This document shows positions 49,208 to 58,332 of a stretch of 64,000 nucleotides of DNA, piece by piece (positions within the stretch are counted from its first letter, which is position 1; every line of letters begins with the position of its first letter). The notes below the pieces were generated by a model that did not search any database, had not been told where the DNA came from, and was given only the letters and a program-made list of their open reading frames with translations. Both the position numbers and the translations under genes were made by a program. Source of the DNA: Burkholderiales bacterium. GTDB taxonomy: Bacteria; Pseudomonadota; Gammaproteobacteria; Burkholderiales; SG8-39. Where the stretch lies: the NCBI GenBank assembly GCA_035499575.1, contig DATJYN010000115.1, positions 16,221-80,220 of the forward strand, read 5' to 3'.

Positions 49208-50119
49208 CTACTCCGTCCAGATCTTGTCGCCCTCCGCGAAAAACCAGGTTCGCGTGATGACGAGCAGGTCGGTGTCCTTGCGGATGGAATCGGGGAATGC
49301 CGCGAATGGCGCGGCCAATTGCACGATGCGATGCGCGGCGGCGTCCAGGATTTTCAGGCCGGAAGAGCGGTTCAACTCGATCGAGTCCACGGAGCCGTCC
49401 GGGCGGATAGTCACCGTCAGTTGCAGCTTCCCGTAGAGCTTGCCGCGCGCCTCGGCCGGATAGTTGAGCGTGCCGACGCGCTCGATCTTGGCGCGCCAGT
49501 CCTCTTCGTATTGCGCGAAGCGGTATTCGCGCGCGTTGGCGCCGATGAAGCGCTTGCGCGGCCGTTCCTGGTAGGCCTGCGTCTGGCGCGCGATCTGCGC
49601 CTGCAGGTTGAGCATTGCGAGCGCCCTGTCGGCCATGTCGCGTCCGGTCACCTGCGGCGTGGGGTCCTCGGATGGGTCGCGGCCCTGTGCGTCCGCCTGT
49701 ACCGAGGAGCGGGCGGCGCGCGTCTGCGCAAGCAGCCTTTGCTGCTCGGCCTCCAGCTCTCGCTGGCGGCGGCGCGTTTCCGCCAAGTCCCGTCCCGGAT
49801 CCCTCGGGTTGGTCGTCGGCAGCGGGCTGGTGGCGCGCAGCCTGGCGTCGCTGTTGCCGCCGCCGTCGAGGTTCGCCTGCGCCAGCGCTCTGGCGCGCTC
49901 CGGCTTGTCGCGGGTTTTTGAATTGACGAGCACTACTTCCAGCGGCTGGCTGTCGGATTTCCAGCTCAGGGCGTCCGGAAAACGGAAGTGGACTGTAAGC
50001 AGAATTGCGTGCAGGAAGATCGACACCGCCACCGACACCACCAGCACCCGTCCGTGGTGTTCCAGCCCGCGCCAGAATTCACGCGGATCCAGCATCAAGC
50101 TCGCGACGCTACCCTGCAA
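49208..50119 (-). CDS. TonB C-terminal-domain protein (membrane-anchored, coiled-coil linker)
   Basis: 303 aa (TTG start; an alternative ATG lies at 50095). One N-terminal TM segment, a charged Gln/Arg-rich linker instead of a Pro-rich one, and a C-terminal TonB-like fold YPAEARGKLYGKLQLTVTIRPDGSV...SSG...LD. Confidence 0.7.
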   Translation of the reverse strand: MQGSVASLMLDPREFWRGLEHHGRVLVVSVAVSIFLHAILLTVHFRFPDALSWKSDSQPLEVVLVNSKTRDKPERARALAQANLDGGGNSDARLRATSPLPTTNPRDPGRDLAETRRRQRELEAEQQRLLAQTRAARSSVQADAQGRDPSEDPTPQVTGRDMADRALAMLNLQAQIARQTQAYQERPRKRFIGANAREYRFAQYEEDWRAKIERVGTLNYPAEARGKLYGKLQLTVTIRPDGSVDSIELNRSSGLKILDAAAHRIVQLAAPFAAFPDSIRKDTDLLVITRTWFFAEGDKIWTE

Positions 50120-50130
50120 AATGCGGCCCC

Positions 50131-50153
50131 ATGGCAGGAAGTTTCCCTGCCAT
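50131..50153. terminator. Weak hairpin between the RNB-nuclease gene and the tonB-like gene
   Basis: ATGGCAGG (50131-50138) / CCTGCCAT (50146-50153), 8-bp stem and 7-nt loop. The T-run is adjacent only on the plus strand (TTTTA). Confidence 0.3.
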
Positions 50154-50162
50154 TTTAGGCCT

Positions 50163-52022
50163 TTACGCCGTTTCCTGCCCGAGCGTCGCGCGCCAGACGC
50201 AGTTCACGCTGCGTTCGATCAGATCCGGCGGCTCCACCGCCAGGCGCACGCGGCTGCCCGGCTCTAGTTCCGGCAGCGACGATACGCGCAGCGTGAACGG
50301 CAGCTTGTCCAGGCGTACCAGGTTCTCGCGCAGGACGACCGCGTCGATCTCCGTAACTTTTTCCTGCGCCAGCCAACGCAGGCACCAGTAGTGCTCCATC
50401 GAGCGCTGGTGCTCGTCATAGCGCGCCGCCACCACTTCGAAGCTGCGCAGCGCCGCGAGCAGCGCCTCGGAATTGCGCGCGAACGGCGCTCGCTGCCCGC
50501 GCTGCGTGGCCGCGAGCTGCCACTGGTTGAGCAGGTCGACGTAGCGGCGCAGCGGCGAAGTGAACCAGGCGTAGGTCGCGACGCCCAGGCCCTCGTGCAT
50601 CTCGGGGTGCACGCTCATGCGTACCTTGCCGGAGGCCTGCACGCGATAGATGGCGGCGACGTCGCGCTCGGCCAGCACTTCTCCCCAGGTGGTGTTGGCA
50701 AGGATCATCAGCTCGGACACCAGCTTGTCGAGCGGCGCGCCGCGCTTGCGCGCCTCGATCGCCACTCTGCCCTCCTCCACCCGGAACACGTAATCCAGGT
50801 TCGTGGTGTTGACGCTCGGCTTGCCGCGGCGCGCCTCGAGCACGCCAGCCAGCCGCCAGAGCGCATGTAACTCTTCCTCGAATTCGAGACCGAGCGGGCC
50901 TTCCTTGCGGCCGCCCTCGAAGGCGGCATTCAGCGCATCGAGCTGCGCGTGGCGCAAGTTGGCCGCCATGCGCACGCGCTCCAAGCGCGTGTGACGGCCG
51001 CGCAGCGCGAAATCCTGCGCGCCCACGCTCAAATACAGCGAGACCGCTGGCCGCTGCGTGCCGGCGTCGAGCGATAACGCCGCGATCGCATCGTCGGGCA
51101 GCATGGTGAATTTTCGCCCCGGCATGTAGGCGGTCGACAGGCGCTCGCGTGCGATGGCGTCCAGCGACGAACCAGGCGCGAAAGCCAGGCCGGGCGCGGC
51201 GATGTGAATGCCGATGCGCAACTCGTCCTCCGACACGCGCGTGACCGAGAAGGCGTCATCGATCTCGGTCGTGCCGACGTCATCCAGGCTGAACGCGACG
51301 GCCTCCGCCAGCGGCAGATCTGCTGGCAACGTCACCGCGTCATGCGGTGGAAAGCCCTCTCCCTTTGGGTAAAACTCGTGCACGAAGCGCCCGATGTGGA
51401 ATTCGTGGCTGTCCGGCAGCAGGCCGCAGCGCTCGAACAGCCGCGCCGGCGACAGGCCGCTCTGGATGCAGGCCTGCTCGAGCGCCTTGGTCTCGGGCTT
51501 GGCGCGGTCTGCCGCATAGAGCAGTTCATCGCGCAAGCGGGCGATTTCCGGCGGGCATTCGAAGCGCGCAAGCAGCGCGGCCCACTGCGCGATCTGCTCC
51601 TGCAGGCGTTTCTTCCTTTCCACGCCGGCAAGCGCGAGCTTGAGCGTCTCCTCGGGCGCCGCCTGGAAGCGGCCGCGGCCGCGGCGGTAAAAATACATCG
51701 GCGCCGAGTGCAGCTTGAGCAGCACGCCGGCGGTCTCGGCCGGCGCCGGTTCGCGCCCGATGTAATCGCGCGCCAGGTCGTCGAAACCGAATTCGGCGCC
51801 CTTGCGGCACTGCCAAAGAAAATCGACGTCTAGCCCTTCGGCGAACTTGCGCGCCCCGGCGAGCAGCTCGGCGCCCGAAGGACGCTCGAAACTGAGCACC
51901 ACGCTGGCGGCCTTGATCTTGGAACGCCGGCCGTGCGGGCTTTCCACCTGGAAGGAAGCCGGGCTCTGCGAGAGCACTGCGCCGACCTTGAACTCGCCCT
52001 CCTCCTCATAGAGGACGTTCAT
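50163..52022 (-). CDS. RNB-domain 3'-5' exoribonuclease (RNase II family)
   Basis: Start at MNVLYEEEGEFKVG (CAT 52020-52022). RNB core (DDVGTTEIDDAFS, HEGLG...YAWFTSPLRRY). The upstream 97 codons of the track ORF overlap yqiA and are rejected. Confidence 0.85.
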   Translation of the reverse strand: MNVLYEEEGEFKVGAVLSQSPASFQVESPHGRRSKIKAASVVLSFERPSGAELLAGARKFAEGLDVDFLWQCRKGAEFGFDDLARDYIGREPAPAETAGVLLKLHSAPMYFYRRGRGRFQAAPEETLKLALAGVERKKRLQEQIAQWAALLARFECPPEIARLRDELLYAADRAKPETKALEQACIQSGLSPARLFERCGLLPDSHEFHIGRFVHEFYPKGEGFPPHDAVTLPADLPLAEAVAFSLDDVGTTEIDDAFSVTRVSEDELRIGIHIAAPGLAFAPGSSLDAIARERLSTAYMPGRKFTMLPDDAIAALSLDAGTQRPAVSLYLSVGAQDFALRGRHTRLERVRMAANLRHAQLDALNAAFEGGRKEGPLGLEFEEELHALWRLAGVLEARRGKPSVNTTNLDYVFRVEEGRVAIEARKRGAPLDKLVSELMILANTTWGEVLAERDVAAIYRVQASGKVRMSVHPEMHEGLGVATYAWFTSPLRRYVDLLNQWQLAATQRGQRAPFARNSEALLAALRSFEVVAARYDEHQRSMEHYWCLRWLAQEKVTEIDAVVLRENLVRLDKLPFTLRVSSLPELEPGSRVRLAVEPPDLIERSVNCVWRATLGQETA

Positions 52023-52032
52023 GCGCGCTCTT

Positions 52033-52602
52033 TCATTCGCGAATGCGGGCGAACGCAAGGATCCGCTCGATATGCTCGGCGAAGCTCTGCAGAGAGTGAT
52101 CGCCGCCGTCGCGCACCGCCATGCGCGCACCTTCGAACTTGCGCGCCGCCTCGCGCCAGTCGAGCACTTCGTCGCCGGTCTCCAGCAGCAGCAGGTAGCG
52201 CTCCGGGTCGATGCGCTCGACCAGCAGCCTGTGCCAGCCCTCGAGGTGGGCGCGCGTGAGTTCGTAAGGCTCGCCGGTATGCAGGTTCTTCTGCGTACCG
52301 AGGTAGGCCTCAAGCCCGATGTGCGGCGTGATCGCCGGATTGATCAGCACCGCGCGGCAGTCGAATTTTTCCGCCAGGTAGGTTGCGTAGTACCCGCCCA
52401 GGGAGCTGCCGAGGAAGGTGACCCCGCGCGGATCGCGGCCCTCGATCGTTTTCTCGATGGCTCGGATGGCTTCGGTTGGGGTGTCGGGCAGCGCGGGACA
52501 GGCATAGAGCCGCCCCAGGCCCCTACCCTCCATGTGCTTTTTCATCACCTGCGCCTTGTGCGAGGCCGGCGAACTGTTGAAGCCGTGCAGGTAGACGATC
52601 AT
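52033..52602 (-). CDS. yqiA: YqiA-family esterase (UPF0227)
   Basis: 189 aa beginning MIVYLHGFNSSP, with the nucleophile elbow GSSLGG. Confidence 0.8.
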   Translation of the reverse strand: MIVYLHGFNSSPASHKAQVMKKHMEGRGLGRLYACPALPDTPTEAIRAIEKTIEGRDPRGVTFLGSSLGGYYATYLAEKFDCRAVLINPAITPHIGLEAYLGTQKNLHTGEPYELTRAHLEGWHRLLVERIDPERYLLLLETGDEVLDWREAARKFEGARMAVRDGGDHSLQSFAEHIERILAFARIRE

Positions 52603-53969
52603 GTCCCGAGCGCCGCCAGTAGCTTGCCGTGGATGCCGCCGAAACCGCCGTTCGACATCACCAAGATGTAGTCACCGCTGCGGGCCTCGGCAGCAATCGC
52701 CGTAATCAGCGCGGCGAGGTCGGTCTCACAGCGAAGCTTCGCGGCGAGGGGCGCGAACACCGACGCGGCGTCCCAGGACAGGCCGGCATCGTAGATGTAG
52801 ACCTTGTCGGCGGCAGCGAAACTTCCCGGCAGCGCGTCTTTCAGCACGCCTTGTTTGAGCGTGTTGGAACGCGGCTCGAAGACCGCAAGGATCCGCCCGG
52901 CGCCATCGCGTTCGCGCGATCCTTCAATGCGCTGCCGCAATCCGGCGATGGTTTCGCGGATCGCGGTGGGATGGTGCGCGAAGTCGTCGTAGACGCTCAC
53001 GCCGCGCACCGCGCCGCGCAACTCCAGCCGGCGCCGGACTCCCTGGAACCTAGCCAGTGCCTCGATCGCCGCGGCGGGTTCGACGCCGGCATGGCGTGCG
53101 GCGGCGATCGCGGCCAGGGCGTTCGTGCGGTTGTAGGCGCCGGCCAATCCCCAGCGCAACCTGCCTACCGGTTCGCCCTGCCACGCAACTTCGAAGCCGC
53201 CCGCCTCATCGGGTGCCCCCGCCTCCCAGCCCTCCGTGACGCCGAACGGCTCAACTGGGGTCCAGCAACCCTGAGCGAGTACCCGCTTTAGGGCCGCATC
53301 TTGGCCATTCACGATGATCCGGCCGATGCCGGGAATAGTCCGGACAAAATGATGGAATTGCCGCTCAATCGATGCAAGATCGGCGAAGATGTCAGCATGA
53401 TCGAACTCCAAATTATTCAAAATGGCGCTCTTCGGCCGGTAATGCACAAACTTTGAGCGCTTGTCGAAGAAGGCTGTGTCGTACTCGTCAGCCTCGATTA
53501 CGAAATAGTCCGAAGAACTGGAGCGGGCCGAGGTCTTGAGGTCCGGCGCGATGCCGCCGATCAGGAAGCCCGGGGCGCGGCCGGCACACTCCAGGATCCA
53601 CGCGAGCATGGACGAGGTGGTTGTTTTTCCGTGGGTCCCGGCAACAGCTAGCACCCACTTACTTATCAGGACCTGATCCGCCAGCCATTGAGGGCCCGAC
53701 TGGTAGCGATCGCCACGATCGAGGATGGCTTCCATTAGTGGATTGCCGCGAGTGACTACGTTGCCGACCACCCAGAGATCGGGTGATAGCCGCAATTGAT
53801 CGGCGCCGTAGCCTTCGATCAGCTCGATGCCGAGTGCACCGAGTTGATCGCTCATCGGCGGATAGACATTGGCATCGCAGCCGGTAACGCGATGACCCGC
53901 CTGGCCGGCAATCGCCGCGATGCCGCCCATGAAGGTCCCGCAGATGCCGAGGATGTGGAGATGCACCAC
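52599..53969 (-). CDS. mpl: UDP-N-acetylmuramate:L-alanyl-gamma-D-glutamyl-meso-diaminopimelate ligase
   Basis: 456 aa beginning HILGICGTFMGG, with the Mur-ligase P-loop GTHGKTTT. GTG start. Confidence 0.93.
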   Translation of the reverse strand: MVHLHILGICGTFMGGIAAIAGQAGHRVTGCDANVYPPMSDQLGALGIELIEGYGADQLRLSPDLWVVGNVVTRGNPLMEAILDRGDRYQSGPQWLADQVLISKWVLAVAGTHGKTTTSSMLAWILECAGRAPGFLIGGIAPDLKTSARSSSSDYFVIEADEYDTAFFDKRSKFVHYRPKSAILNNLEFDHADIFADLASIERQFHHFVRTIPGIGRIIVNGQDAALKRVLAQGCWTPVEPFGVTEGWEAGAPDEAGGFEVAWQGEPVGRLRWGLAGAYNRTNALAAIAAARHAGVEPAAAIEALARFQGVRRRLELRGAVRGVSVYDDFAHHPTAIRETIAGLRQRIEGSRERDGAGRILAVFEPRSNTLKQGVLKDALPGSFAAADKVYIYDAGLSWDAASVFAPLAAKLRCETDLAALITAIAAEARSGDYILVMSNGGFGGIHGKLLAALGT

Positions 53970-53980
53970 GCTATTATCCG

Positions 53981-54601
53981 TTGATGGGTCGCAGACACCG
54001 CACAGAGATGCGCATGAGCATCGCCGCGGCGGCGGCGCGCATCATGGCCGAAGAGGGCATCGATGACTTCGCGCTCGCCAAACGCAAGGCGCTGCGCCGG
54101 CTGGGCGCCCCGGGGAGCGAAGCGCTGCCCGGCAACGACGAGATTGAAGCCGAGCTGCGTGAGTACCTGGCGCTCTACCAGGCCGACGAGCATCCGGAGC
54201 GCATCGCCGAACTGCGCCGCTGCGCGCTGGAGGCGATGCGCGCGCTCGAGCGCTTCAACCCCTATCTGACGGGGCCGGTGCTGGCAGGACTCGCCGGGCC
54301 GTATGCCGAGATCGACCTCCAGCTCTTCCCGGAAAGCACCAAAGAAGTGGAGATCTACCTGCTCGACCTCGGCATCGCCTACGAAGCGAGCGACGAACGG
54401 CGCTACACCGGCGACCGCGCGCGCGCGGTCGCGGTGATCACGCTGGACTGGCAGGGCGCGCCGCTGCGGCTTTCGGTCTTCGACCCGCGCGACGAGCGCT
54501 CGGCGCTGAAGACGTCCGTCGCCGGCAGGGTCGCGGCACGCGCCGGCATAGCCGAAGTACGGGCCCTGGTCGAAGCGGGTCGTGACGCCTGGCCGGCGTG
54601 A
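53981..54601 (+). CDS. Conserved hypothetical protein (possible degenerate nucleotidyltransferase-like fold)
   Basis: 206-aa ORF with genome-typical GC3-rich codon usage, divergent from mpl. The segment LTGPVLAGLAGPYAEIDLQLF loosely resembles the G-[SG]...D-x-D strand-turn of minimal nucleotidyltransferases but has E-x-D. Start ambiguous (TTG 53981, ATG 53984/54008/54014). Confidence 0.55.
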   Translation: MMGRRHRTEMRMSIAAAAARIMAEEGIDDFALAKRKALRRLGAPGSEALPGNDEIEAELREYLALYQADEHPERIAELRRCALEAMRALERFNPYLTGPVLAGLAGPYAEIDLQLFPESTKEVEIYLLDLGIAYEASDERRYTGDRARAVAVITLDWQGAPLRLSVFDPRDERSALKTSVAGRVAARAGIAEVRALVEAGRDAWPA

Positions 54602-55115
54602 AGCGCTGATCCTCGGCGGCGCCGGCATTGCTGCGGCGGCTGCCGGCTTCTTCGCCGGCCCTGCCGTACTCAGACTCGGCGCGGACGGGGAAGCGGCAGC
54701 TCTCGGCAAGGCCAGCTTTCCGGACCTCGACGGCCGGACCCGCCAGCTCTCCGAGTGGCGGGGCAAGGTTCTGGTCTGCAACTTCTGGGCAACCTGGTGT
54801 GCTCCCTGCCGCGAAGAGGTCCCGTTATTGATTGGGGCAAGCGGAAAGTACGGCCCTTCTGGCATTGAAATTGTCGGTATCGCCATCGATACTGCTGCTA
54901 AAGTTCGTGAATTTGCGGCATCGTTCAAGATCTCCTACCCAATCCTTCTAGCCAACGCGAGCGGCCTGGATCTGATGCGGAAACTGGGCAACGAATCTGG
55001 CGGCCTACCGTATACGGTCGTGGCGGACCGGACGGGAGCCCCAATCCATCACAAGCTCGGGGCCTTCAAGGAGGGGGAATTAGCGGCGATCTTGGAGCCT
55101 CTGATCAAGACTTGA
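54582..55115 (+). CDS. TlpA-family thiol:disulfide oxidoreductase
   Basis: 177 aa, GTG start, N-terminal anchor/signal and thioredoxin motif WATWCAPC. Confidence 0.8.
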   Translation: MTPGRREALILGGAGIAAAAAGFFAGPAVLRLGADGEAAALGKASFPDLDGRTRQLSEWRGKVLVCNFWATWCAPCREEVPLLIGASGKYGPSGIEIVGIAIDTAAKVREFAASFKISYPILLANASGLDLMRKLGNESGGLPYTVVADRTGAPIHHKLGAFKEGELAAILEPLIKT

Positions 55116-55145
55116 GCAGAGGGGGAGGGTGCAAATTCGGCTAAA

Positions 55146-55628
55146 ATGCCGGCTTCTGCGGCGAAATCCATGAAAAAGCCAAAATCGAAGTCTGTACTCG
55201 TTCTCAACGGCCCCAACCTCAACCTGCTGGGATCCCGCGAGCCCCATCTCTATGGGCGAGAAACGCTGGCTGCCATCAACCGTCGCCTCGAGGCTACTGC
55301 CAAAGCCGCAAGCATCCGATTGGAGAGCTTTCAAACCAACCATGAAGGCCTCCTGATCGATCGCGTCCAGCAGGCCAAGGGCGACGGGGTGGGCTTCATC
55401 CTGCTCAACCCGGCCGGGCTTACCTATTCCAGTATCGGTCTGCGCGACGCCCTGACCGCGGTACAGATCCCGTTCATCGAGGTGCACCTGTCGAATATCC
55501 ACGCCCGCGAACCCTGGCGGGCGCATTCCCATTTCACCGCGGTCGCCGTCGGCAGCGTGCTCGGCCTGGGCAGCCGCGGCTACGACCTCGCGCTCGACTA
55601 CGCCATCGCACGCTTGAAATCCGGGTAG
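55146..55628 (+). CDS. aroQ: Type II 3-dehydroquinate dehydratase
   Basis: VLVLNGPNLNLLGSREPHLYG, HEG and NIHAREPWR motifs. The start may be the second Met (55170). Confidence 0.93.
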   Translation: MPASAAKSMKKPKSKSVLVLNGPNLNLLGSREPHLYGRETLAAINRRLEATAKAASIRLESFQTNHEGLLIDRVQQAKGDGVGFILLNPAGLTYSSIGLRDALTAVQIPFIEVHLSNIHAREPWRAHSHFTAVAVGSVLGLGSRGYDLALDYAIARLKSG

Positions 55629-55667
55629 TAACGGACGGCAGGCTGCGCCCGCCGGGGAGAGAAATCC

Positions 55668-56141
55668 ATGGATCTGCGCAAGCTGAAGAAGCTGATCGAC
55701 CTTGTCCAGGAATCGGGCATCGCCGAACTCGAGATCACCGAGGGCGAGGAGCGCGTCAGGATCGCGCGCGGCGGCATCGTCAACGTGACCCCGCTGGCGG
55801 CGGCGCCCGCGATTGTCTCCGCCGCCATGCCGGCACCCGTTGCGGCAGCGCCTCCTGCCGGCGCGGGCGCTCCCGCTGTTGCCGCCGAACCGCCGCCCGG
55901 GATCGAGGGCCATGTCGTCAAATCACCGATGGTCGGCACCTTCTACCGCGCGCCGGCGCCGGACGCGAAGCCCTTCGTCGACGTCGGCGGCGCGGTGAAG
56001 GAGGGCGAGACGATTTGCGTCATCGAGGCGATGAAGCTGATGAATGAGATCGAAGCCGATGCCGCGGGCACGATCAAGGCGATCCTGGTCGAGAACGGCC
56101 AGCCGGTCGAGTACGGCCAAGCCCTGTTCATCATCGGCTAG
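55668..56141 (+). CDS. accB: Acetyl-CoA carboxylase biotin carboxyl carrier protein
   Basis: 157 aa with an Ala/Pro linker and the biotinylation motif EAMKLMNE. Confidence 0.95.
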   Translation: MDLRKLKKLIDLVQESGIAELEITEGEERVRIARGGIVNVTPLAAAPAIVSAAMPAPVAAAPPAGAGAPAVAAEPPPGIEGHVVKSPMVGTFYRAPAPDAKPFVDVGGAVKEGETICVIEAMKLMNEIEADAAGTIKAILVENGQPVEYGQALFIIG

Positions 56142-56144
56142 CCG

Positions 56145-57503
56145 GTGTTTGAGAAGATCCTCATCGCGAACCGCGGCGAGATCGCGCTGCGCATCCAGCG
56201 CGCCTGCCGCGAGCTCGGCATCCACACGGTGGTGGTGCACTCGGAGGCCGACACCGAGGCGAAGTACGTCAAGCTCGCCGATGAATCGGTCTGCATCGGC
56301 CCGGCGCCGGCGGCGGCAAGCTACCTAAACATCCCCGCGATCATCAGCGCCGCCGAAGTGACCGACGCGGAGGCGATCCATCCGGGCTACGGATTCCTGT
56401 CGGAAAACGCCGACTTCGCCGAGAAAGTGGAGGCAAGCGGCTTCGTGTTCATCGGTCCGCGCCCGGAAAACATCCGGCTGATGGGCGACAAGGTGAGCGC
56501 CAAGCAGGCGATGATCAAGGCAGGCGTGCCCGTGGTGCCCGGCTCGGAGGGCGCGCTGCCGGAGCAGGGCGCCGAGATCGTCAAGATCGCGCGCAAGATC
56601 GGCTATCCGGTAATCATCAAGGCTTCGGGCGGCGGCGGCGGGCGCGGCATGCGTGTAGTGCACACGGAAGCCGCGCTACTGAACGCGGTCACCATGACGC
56701 GCACCGAGGCGCTGGCGGCGTTCGGCAACGGCACGGTGTACATGGAGAAATACCTCGAGAATCCCCGCCACATCGAGATCCAGGTGCTGGCCGACGAGCA
56801 CAAGAACGCGGTGTTCCTCGGCGAGCGCGACTGCTCCATGCAGCGCCGCCACCAGAAGATCATCGAGGAGGCGCCGGCGCCCGAGCTGACAGCGAAGCAG
56901 CGCGATCGCATCGGCGAGCGCTGTGCCGACGCCTGCCGGAAGATCGGCTACCGCGGCGCCGGCACCTTCGAGTTCCTGTACGAGAACGGCGAGTTCTTCT
57001 TCATCGAGATGAACACGCGCCTGCAGGTGGAGCACCCCGTAACCGAGATGATCACCGGGCTGGACCTGGTGCAGCTGCAGATTCGCGTCGCCAACGGCGA
57101 GAAGCTGCCGTTCCGCCAGCGGGACATCGAGCTGCGCGGCCACGCGATCGAGTGCCGGATTAATGCCGAGGACCCGTACCGCTTCACGCCCTCGCCCGGC
57201 AAAATCACCTCCTACCACCCGCCCGGCGGGCCCGGCATCCGCGTCGACACGCACGTCTACGCCGGCTACACCGTGCCGCCGAACTACGATTCAATGGTCG
57301 GCAAGGTGATCGCCTACGGCGCCACGCGCGAGCAGGCGATCCGGCGCATGCGCATCGCGCTGTCGGAGATGGCGGTCGAGGGGATACGGACCAACATACC
57401 GCTGCACCTGGAACTGCTGCACGACCTGCGCTTCATGCGTGGCGGCACTTCGATTCACTACCTCGAGCAGAAGCTCGCCGAGGAGACGAAGAAGAAGAAA
57501 TAG
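56145..57503 (+). CDS. accC: Acetyl-CoA carboxylase biotin carboxylase
   Basis: 452 aa, GTG start (product reads [15 protein letters not shown]), ATP-grasp [22 protein letters not shown]. Confidence 0.97.
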   Translation: MFEKILIANRGEIALRIQRACRELGIHTVVVHSEADTEAKYVKLADESVCIGPAPAAASYLNIPAIISAAEVTDAEAIHPGYGFLSENADFAEKVEASGFVFIGPRPENIRLMGDKVSAKQAMIKAGVPVVPGSEGALPEQGAEIVKIARKIGYPVIIKASGGGGGRGMRVVHTEAALLNAVTMTRTEALAAFGNGTVYMEKYLENPRHIEIQVLADEHKNAVFLGERDCSMQRRHQKIIEEAPAPELTAKQRDRIGERCADACRKIGYRGAGTFEFLYENGEFFFIEMNTRLQVEHPVTEMITGLDLVQLQIRVANGEKLPFRQRDIELRGHAIECRINAEDPYRFTPSPGKITSYHPPGGPGIRVDTHVYAGYTVPPNYDSMVGKVIAYGATREQAIRRMRIALSEMAVEGIRTNIPLHLELLHDLRFMRGGTSIHYLEQKLAEETKKKK

Positions 57504-57507
57504 CGCG

Positions 57508-58332
57508 GTGCCCTGGCTCTCGATCAGCATCGAGATGGATCCGGCATCGGCCGAAGCGTATTCGGAGGCACTGATGGAAGCGGGCGCCGAATCGGTGGCG
57601 CTGGAACCCGAAGGCGCGTGTGTGCGCGTCACCGCGCTGGCGCCGGGCGGCGCCGACCCGCATGCGCTGATCGACGCCGCATCGGGGATCGCACAGCAGG
57701 CGACACCGGCGTTTCGCGTCGCGGTTCTGGAGGACGAGGACTGGGTGCGTCGTTCGCAGTCGCAGTTCGGGCCGATCCGCCTATCGGCGGGGCTCTGGAT
57801 CGTGCCGAGCTGGCACGAACCGCCCGATCCCGCGGCGATCGCTGTCCGCCTCGATCCTGGCCTCGCGTTCGGTACCGGCAGCCACGCCAGCACCCGCCTG
57901 ATCCTGCAGCGTCTCCTGTGCTGCCTTCGCAAGGGCGACCACGTTCTGGACTACGGTTGCGGCTCAGGTATATTGGCCATCGTCGCGGCCAAGCTCGGCG
58001 CCCGGGAGATTGCCGCGGTGGACATCGATCCTCAGGCGCTCGAAACGACGACGGCCAACGCGAGTACAAATGGCGTCAGCCTGCGCGCTGTGCTGCCCGA
58101 GCAACTGGCTGCGGGAACTTACGACGTGGTCCTCGCCAACATCCTTGCCGGTCCCCTGATTGCGCTCGAGGCGCAGCTCGCAGCGCGCACGCGCACCGGC
58201 GGCCGCATCCTGCTGTCGGGAATCCTGCACACGCAGGCGGCCGACGTGGCCGCGGCCTATGCGCGCGACTTCGAAGTTTCCGTGGGTGCAGCGGAAGAGG
58301 GCTGGGCGCTGGTGGAAGGCCTGAGGCGATGA
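57508..58332 (+). CDS. prmA: Ribosomal protein L11 methyltransferase
   Basis: GTG at 57508 (VPWLSISIE...), just after the accC stop. SAM motif DYGCGSGILA. Confidence 0.9.
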   Translation: MPWLSISIEMDPASAEAYSEALMEAGAESVALEPEGACVRVTALAPGGADPHALIDAASGIAQQATPAFRVAVLEDEDWVRRSQSQFGPIRLSAGLWIVPSWHEPPDPAAIAVRLDPGLAFGTGSHASTRLILQRLLCCLRKGDHVLDYGCGSGILAIVAAKLGAREIAAVDIDPQALETTTANASTNGVSLRAVLPEQLAAGTYDVVLANILAGPLIALEAQLAARTRTGGRILLSGILHTQAADVAAAYARDFEVSVGAAEEGWALVEGLRR

